Shown here piece after piece: positions 25,249 through 26,758 of a stretch of DNA of 26,758 nucleotides. Origin of the DNA: Clostridiales bacterium (lineage in GTDB: Bacteria; Bacillota; Clostridia; Christensenellales; Aristaeellaceae). Position 1 is the stretch's first letter. Every line of letters begins with the position of its first letter. Under the pieces are notes generated by a model. It was not told the origin of the DNA. It saw only the letters and a list, made by a program, of their open reading frames with translations, and searched no databases. Position numbers and translations under genes: made by a program. The stretch covers positions 1-26,758 of the forward strand of contig SVGK01000010.1 of NCBI GenBank assembly GCA_015056395.1, given 5' to 3'.

Positions 25249-25291
25249 ATATCCACGCTCTTAAAATTTAAGAGATTGAGAGGTGGTTAAT

Positions 25292-25507
25292 GTGTATCAC
25301 ATCAAAGATGTCGCTACTGTAGTTGAGGAAAGACGCAGTGAATTTGGTATGACGGTTCGCGCATTGTCTCAAAAGAGCGGCGTCAGCGAAGGCGCTTTGT
25401 ATAGGATCCTTGGCGGCCATTGAAAGATGACCGCATCGGAACTGCTGTCGCTCTCGGAGGTATTGCATTTGACGTTCGATGACTATCGATCTGAAGAGGC
25501 GGTGTGA
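25292..25507 (+). pseudogene. Small XRE-family HTH gene interrupted by an in-frame TGA (25421-25423); Cro-like partner of the divergent regulator
   Basis: GTG at 25292 after RBS AGAGGTGG. Translation is MYHIKDVATVVEERRSEFGMTVRALSQKSGVSEGALYRILGGH-*-KMTASELLSLSEVLHLTFDDYRSEEAV*. Both halves together make one canonical HTH_XRE domain in a single frame. Confidence 0.55.
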
Positions 25508-25509
25508 AT

Positions 25510-25761
25510 ATGGCGCGGATGAGCGTTGAGGAGCTGGCGGCGCTTCCGGGCGTCGCGGTCGGAACGAAAGAAGCCGCGGCGGTGCTGGGGTGCGACAGGT
25601 ATTCGCTGACCATCGCCGCGAAGTGCGGGATGCTGGGGCTGCCGCACTTCTTCTCCGGGAACAGGCTCAAGATCAGCAAGGCGGCGCTGCTTGAATTCTG
25701 CGGCGCGCACGGCGCGACGGGTGAAGTGCCCATCGTGCCGGGAAAGGGCGTGAAGGCGTGA
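25510..25761 (+). CDS. Excisionase/MerR-like helix-turn-helix (HTH_17, Xis-type) DNA-binding protein, 83 aa
   Basis: MARMSVEELAALPGVAVGTKEAAAVLGCDRYSLTIAAKCGMLGLPHFFSGNRLKISKAALLEF. The ATG at 25510 immediately follows the upstream stop. Confidence 0.65.
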   Translation: MARMSVEELAALPGVAVGTKEAAAVLGCDRYSLTIAAKCGMLGLPHFFSGNRLKISKAALLEFCGAHGATGEVPIVPGKGVKA

Positions 25762-25997
25762 AGATCATCGCGGTGGACTTTGACGGGACGCTGTGCGAGA
25801 GCGCTTGGCCGGACATCGGCAAGGCGCACTGGGGCGTGATCAACCAGCTCGTGAAGCGGCAGGCCGAGGGCGACAAGATCATACTTTGGACGTGCCGGAC
25901 GGGAAAGCAGCTGGAGGAGGCCGTCAAGTGGTGCACAAACCACGGGATACGGTTCAAAGCCGTGAAGCGACGCCCCTACGGCGACGCATCATCGTGA
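25758..25997 (+). CDS. Small HAD-motif protein (DxDGT motif I; phage-associated type), 79 aa
   Basis: The GTG start overlaps the upstream stop. VKIIAVDFDGTLCESAWPDIG... is HAD motif I, followed by ILWTCRTG (motif II-like Thr). Confidence 0.55.
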   Translation: MKIIAVDFDGTLCESAWPDIGKAHWGVINQLVKRQAEGDKIILWTCRTGKQLEEAVKWCTNHGIRFKAVKRRPYGDASS

Positions 25998-26039
25998 TCG
26001 CGCTAAACCGATCCGATGTATACGCACATATGATTTTGC

Positions 26040-26165
26040 GCACGACATAGGCCGTTCCCGCAGGGGCACCATCCATGGCGCCCGCCACACGTGAGCGCAT
26101 GTTACCCATCTTCCCGTAGGGACGCCCCATGGGCGCCCGCGTTCCCCATGCCCGACACACCGAAA
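26040..26165. repeat. Partial, degenerate copy of the palindromic repeat family seen at 22575-23545
   Basis: GGGCACCATCCATGGCGCCC (near-palindrome) ... CACGTGAGCGCA ... CCCGTAGGGACGCCCCATGGGCGCCCGCG match the palindrome B and A types of the downstream array. Confidence 0.6.
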
Positions 26166-26222
26166 CAGAGCCGCCGCGCGCCATCTGCGCACGGCGGCTC
26201 CGCCTGTCATCTCAACGCTCTT

Positions 26223-26758
26223 TTACTTGAGCAGCTCGTTGAACTCGTCCTGCATGGCCTGGAGGTTCGCGTCCACCTCGCCGGTGGAGAGCATCTCGGT
26301 CATGTAGTCGTCAAAGCGGGTGAAGATCTCCTGCGTGTTCTTGTCGGCGGCGGGCAGCGGCACGCCCCAGCCGTCCTTGGACGCGCCTAGGAAGGCCTCG
26401 GTGTTGAAGTCCGCATAGGCCTCGGCCCACATGTCGTCGCAGCCCTCGTAGGCGGGGATGACGACCTGGGCGGTCATGGCCTGCGCCTCGGCGGTGCCCA
26501 TCCACTCAAGGAAGGTCTTGACCTCTTCGGGATGCTCGGTGGTGGCGGCGCCGACCCAGCTCAGCGAGTGGGACACGGTCTTGCGCTCGGCCATGGTCGG
26601 CAGCGGGGCCACGCCCAGCCTGTCGCCGAACACGCCCACATAGGTGCCCATGTTCCAGGAGCCATTGAAGGTCATGGCGATCATGCCGGACTGGAAGCGG
26701 GTGTCGGCGTCCAGCTCGACCTGGTCTTCGACGGTGGGAGATACGCCTTCCACGAGTA
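26223..26758 (-). CDS. ABC transporter extracellular solute-binding protein, C-terminal part (N-terminus beyond window end)
   Basis: The frame is open to the window edge. The C-terminal sequence ...GVAPLPTMAERKTVSHSLSWVGAATTEHPEEVKTFLEWMGTAEAQ...DEFNELLK is typical of family-1 sugar SBPs. Stop at 26223-26225. Confidence 0.75.
   Translation of the reverse strand, partial: LVEGVSPTVEDQVELDADTRFQSGMIAMTFNGSWNMGTYVGVFGDRLGVAPLPTMAERKTVSHSLSWVGAATTEHPEEVKTFLEWMGTAEAQAMTAQVVIPAYEGCDDMWAEAYADFNTEAFLGASKDGWGVPLPAADKNTQEIFTRFDDYMTEMLSTGEVDANLQAMQDEFNELLK

Noticed and set aside
25421-25423. Genome-wide TGA recoding (code 25/4) to explain the in-frame TGA
   Set aside because: Many confidently annotated genes in the window (map, the SPFH gene, the 412-aa protein, others) terminate with TGA at the expected protein ends.

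Overview
High-GC Bacillota (Clostridia-like) chromosomal window in two parts.

**Ribosomal cluster (1 to ~10.3 kb).** This is the conserved end of the S10-spc ribosomal protein cluster on the + strand, in canonical Firmicutes order: rplB (partial), rpsS, rplV, rpsC, rplP, rpmC, rpsQ, rplN, rplX, rplE, rpsN (type Z, 61 aa), rpsH, rplF, rplR, rpsE, rpmD, rplO, secY, adk, map, a small KOW-domain protein, infA and rpmJ. Starts and stops are tightly coupled, and the cluster ends at a rho-independent terminator. The usual continuation (rpsM-rpsK-rpoA-rplQ) is absent.

**Accessory island (10.3 to 26.7 kb).** The rest of the window is accessory-looking DNA:
- A convergent minus-strand operon encodes a nucleotidyltransferase-fold protein, an SGNH hydrolase and a 412-aa unknown protein.
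- An Rpn/YhgA-type PD-(D/E)XK nuclease/transposase gene has its 3' end tandemly duplicated.
- A gene encodes a large multi-zinc-ribbon SPFH (Band-7) protein whose C-terminus holds three perfect 81-bp tandem repeats; a small 4-TM protein gene is translationally coupled to it.
- About 1.2 kb of non-coding, MITE-like, hairpin-rich repeats follow.
- The most striking locus is a two-gene module:
  - The first gene encodes a 1230-aa protein with the order zinc ribbon, TPR-like region, TIR domain, one transmembrane helix, about 12 degenerate extracytoplasmic repeats, and a DUF6273-like C-terminal domain.
  - A 294-aa stand-alone SIR2-like (SIR2_2) protein is encoded immediately downstream. This is a Thoeris-like TIR + SIR2 pairing in an unusual membrane-sensor format.
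- Downstream of the pair lies about 1 kb of 3 tandem ~330-420-bp non-coding units built from nested perfect palindromes. This is not CRISPR. The same hairpin family occurs upstream of the pair and again at ~26.1 kb.
- A lower-GC segment carries a small SWIM zinc-finger gene, a secreted protein gene, a divergent XRE-family cI/Cro-like switch (one member has an in-frame TGA), an excisionase-like HTH gene and a small HAD-motif gene.
- The window ends with the 3' end of an ABC-transporter solute-binding protein gene.

No tRNA, rRNA or CRISPR array was seen.
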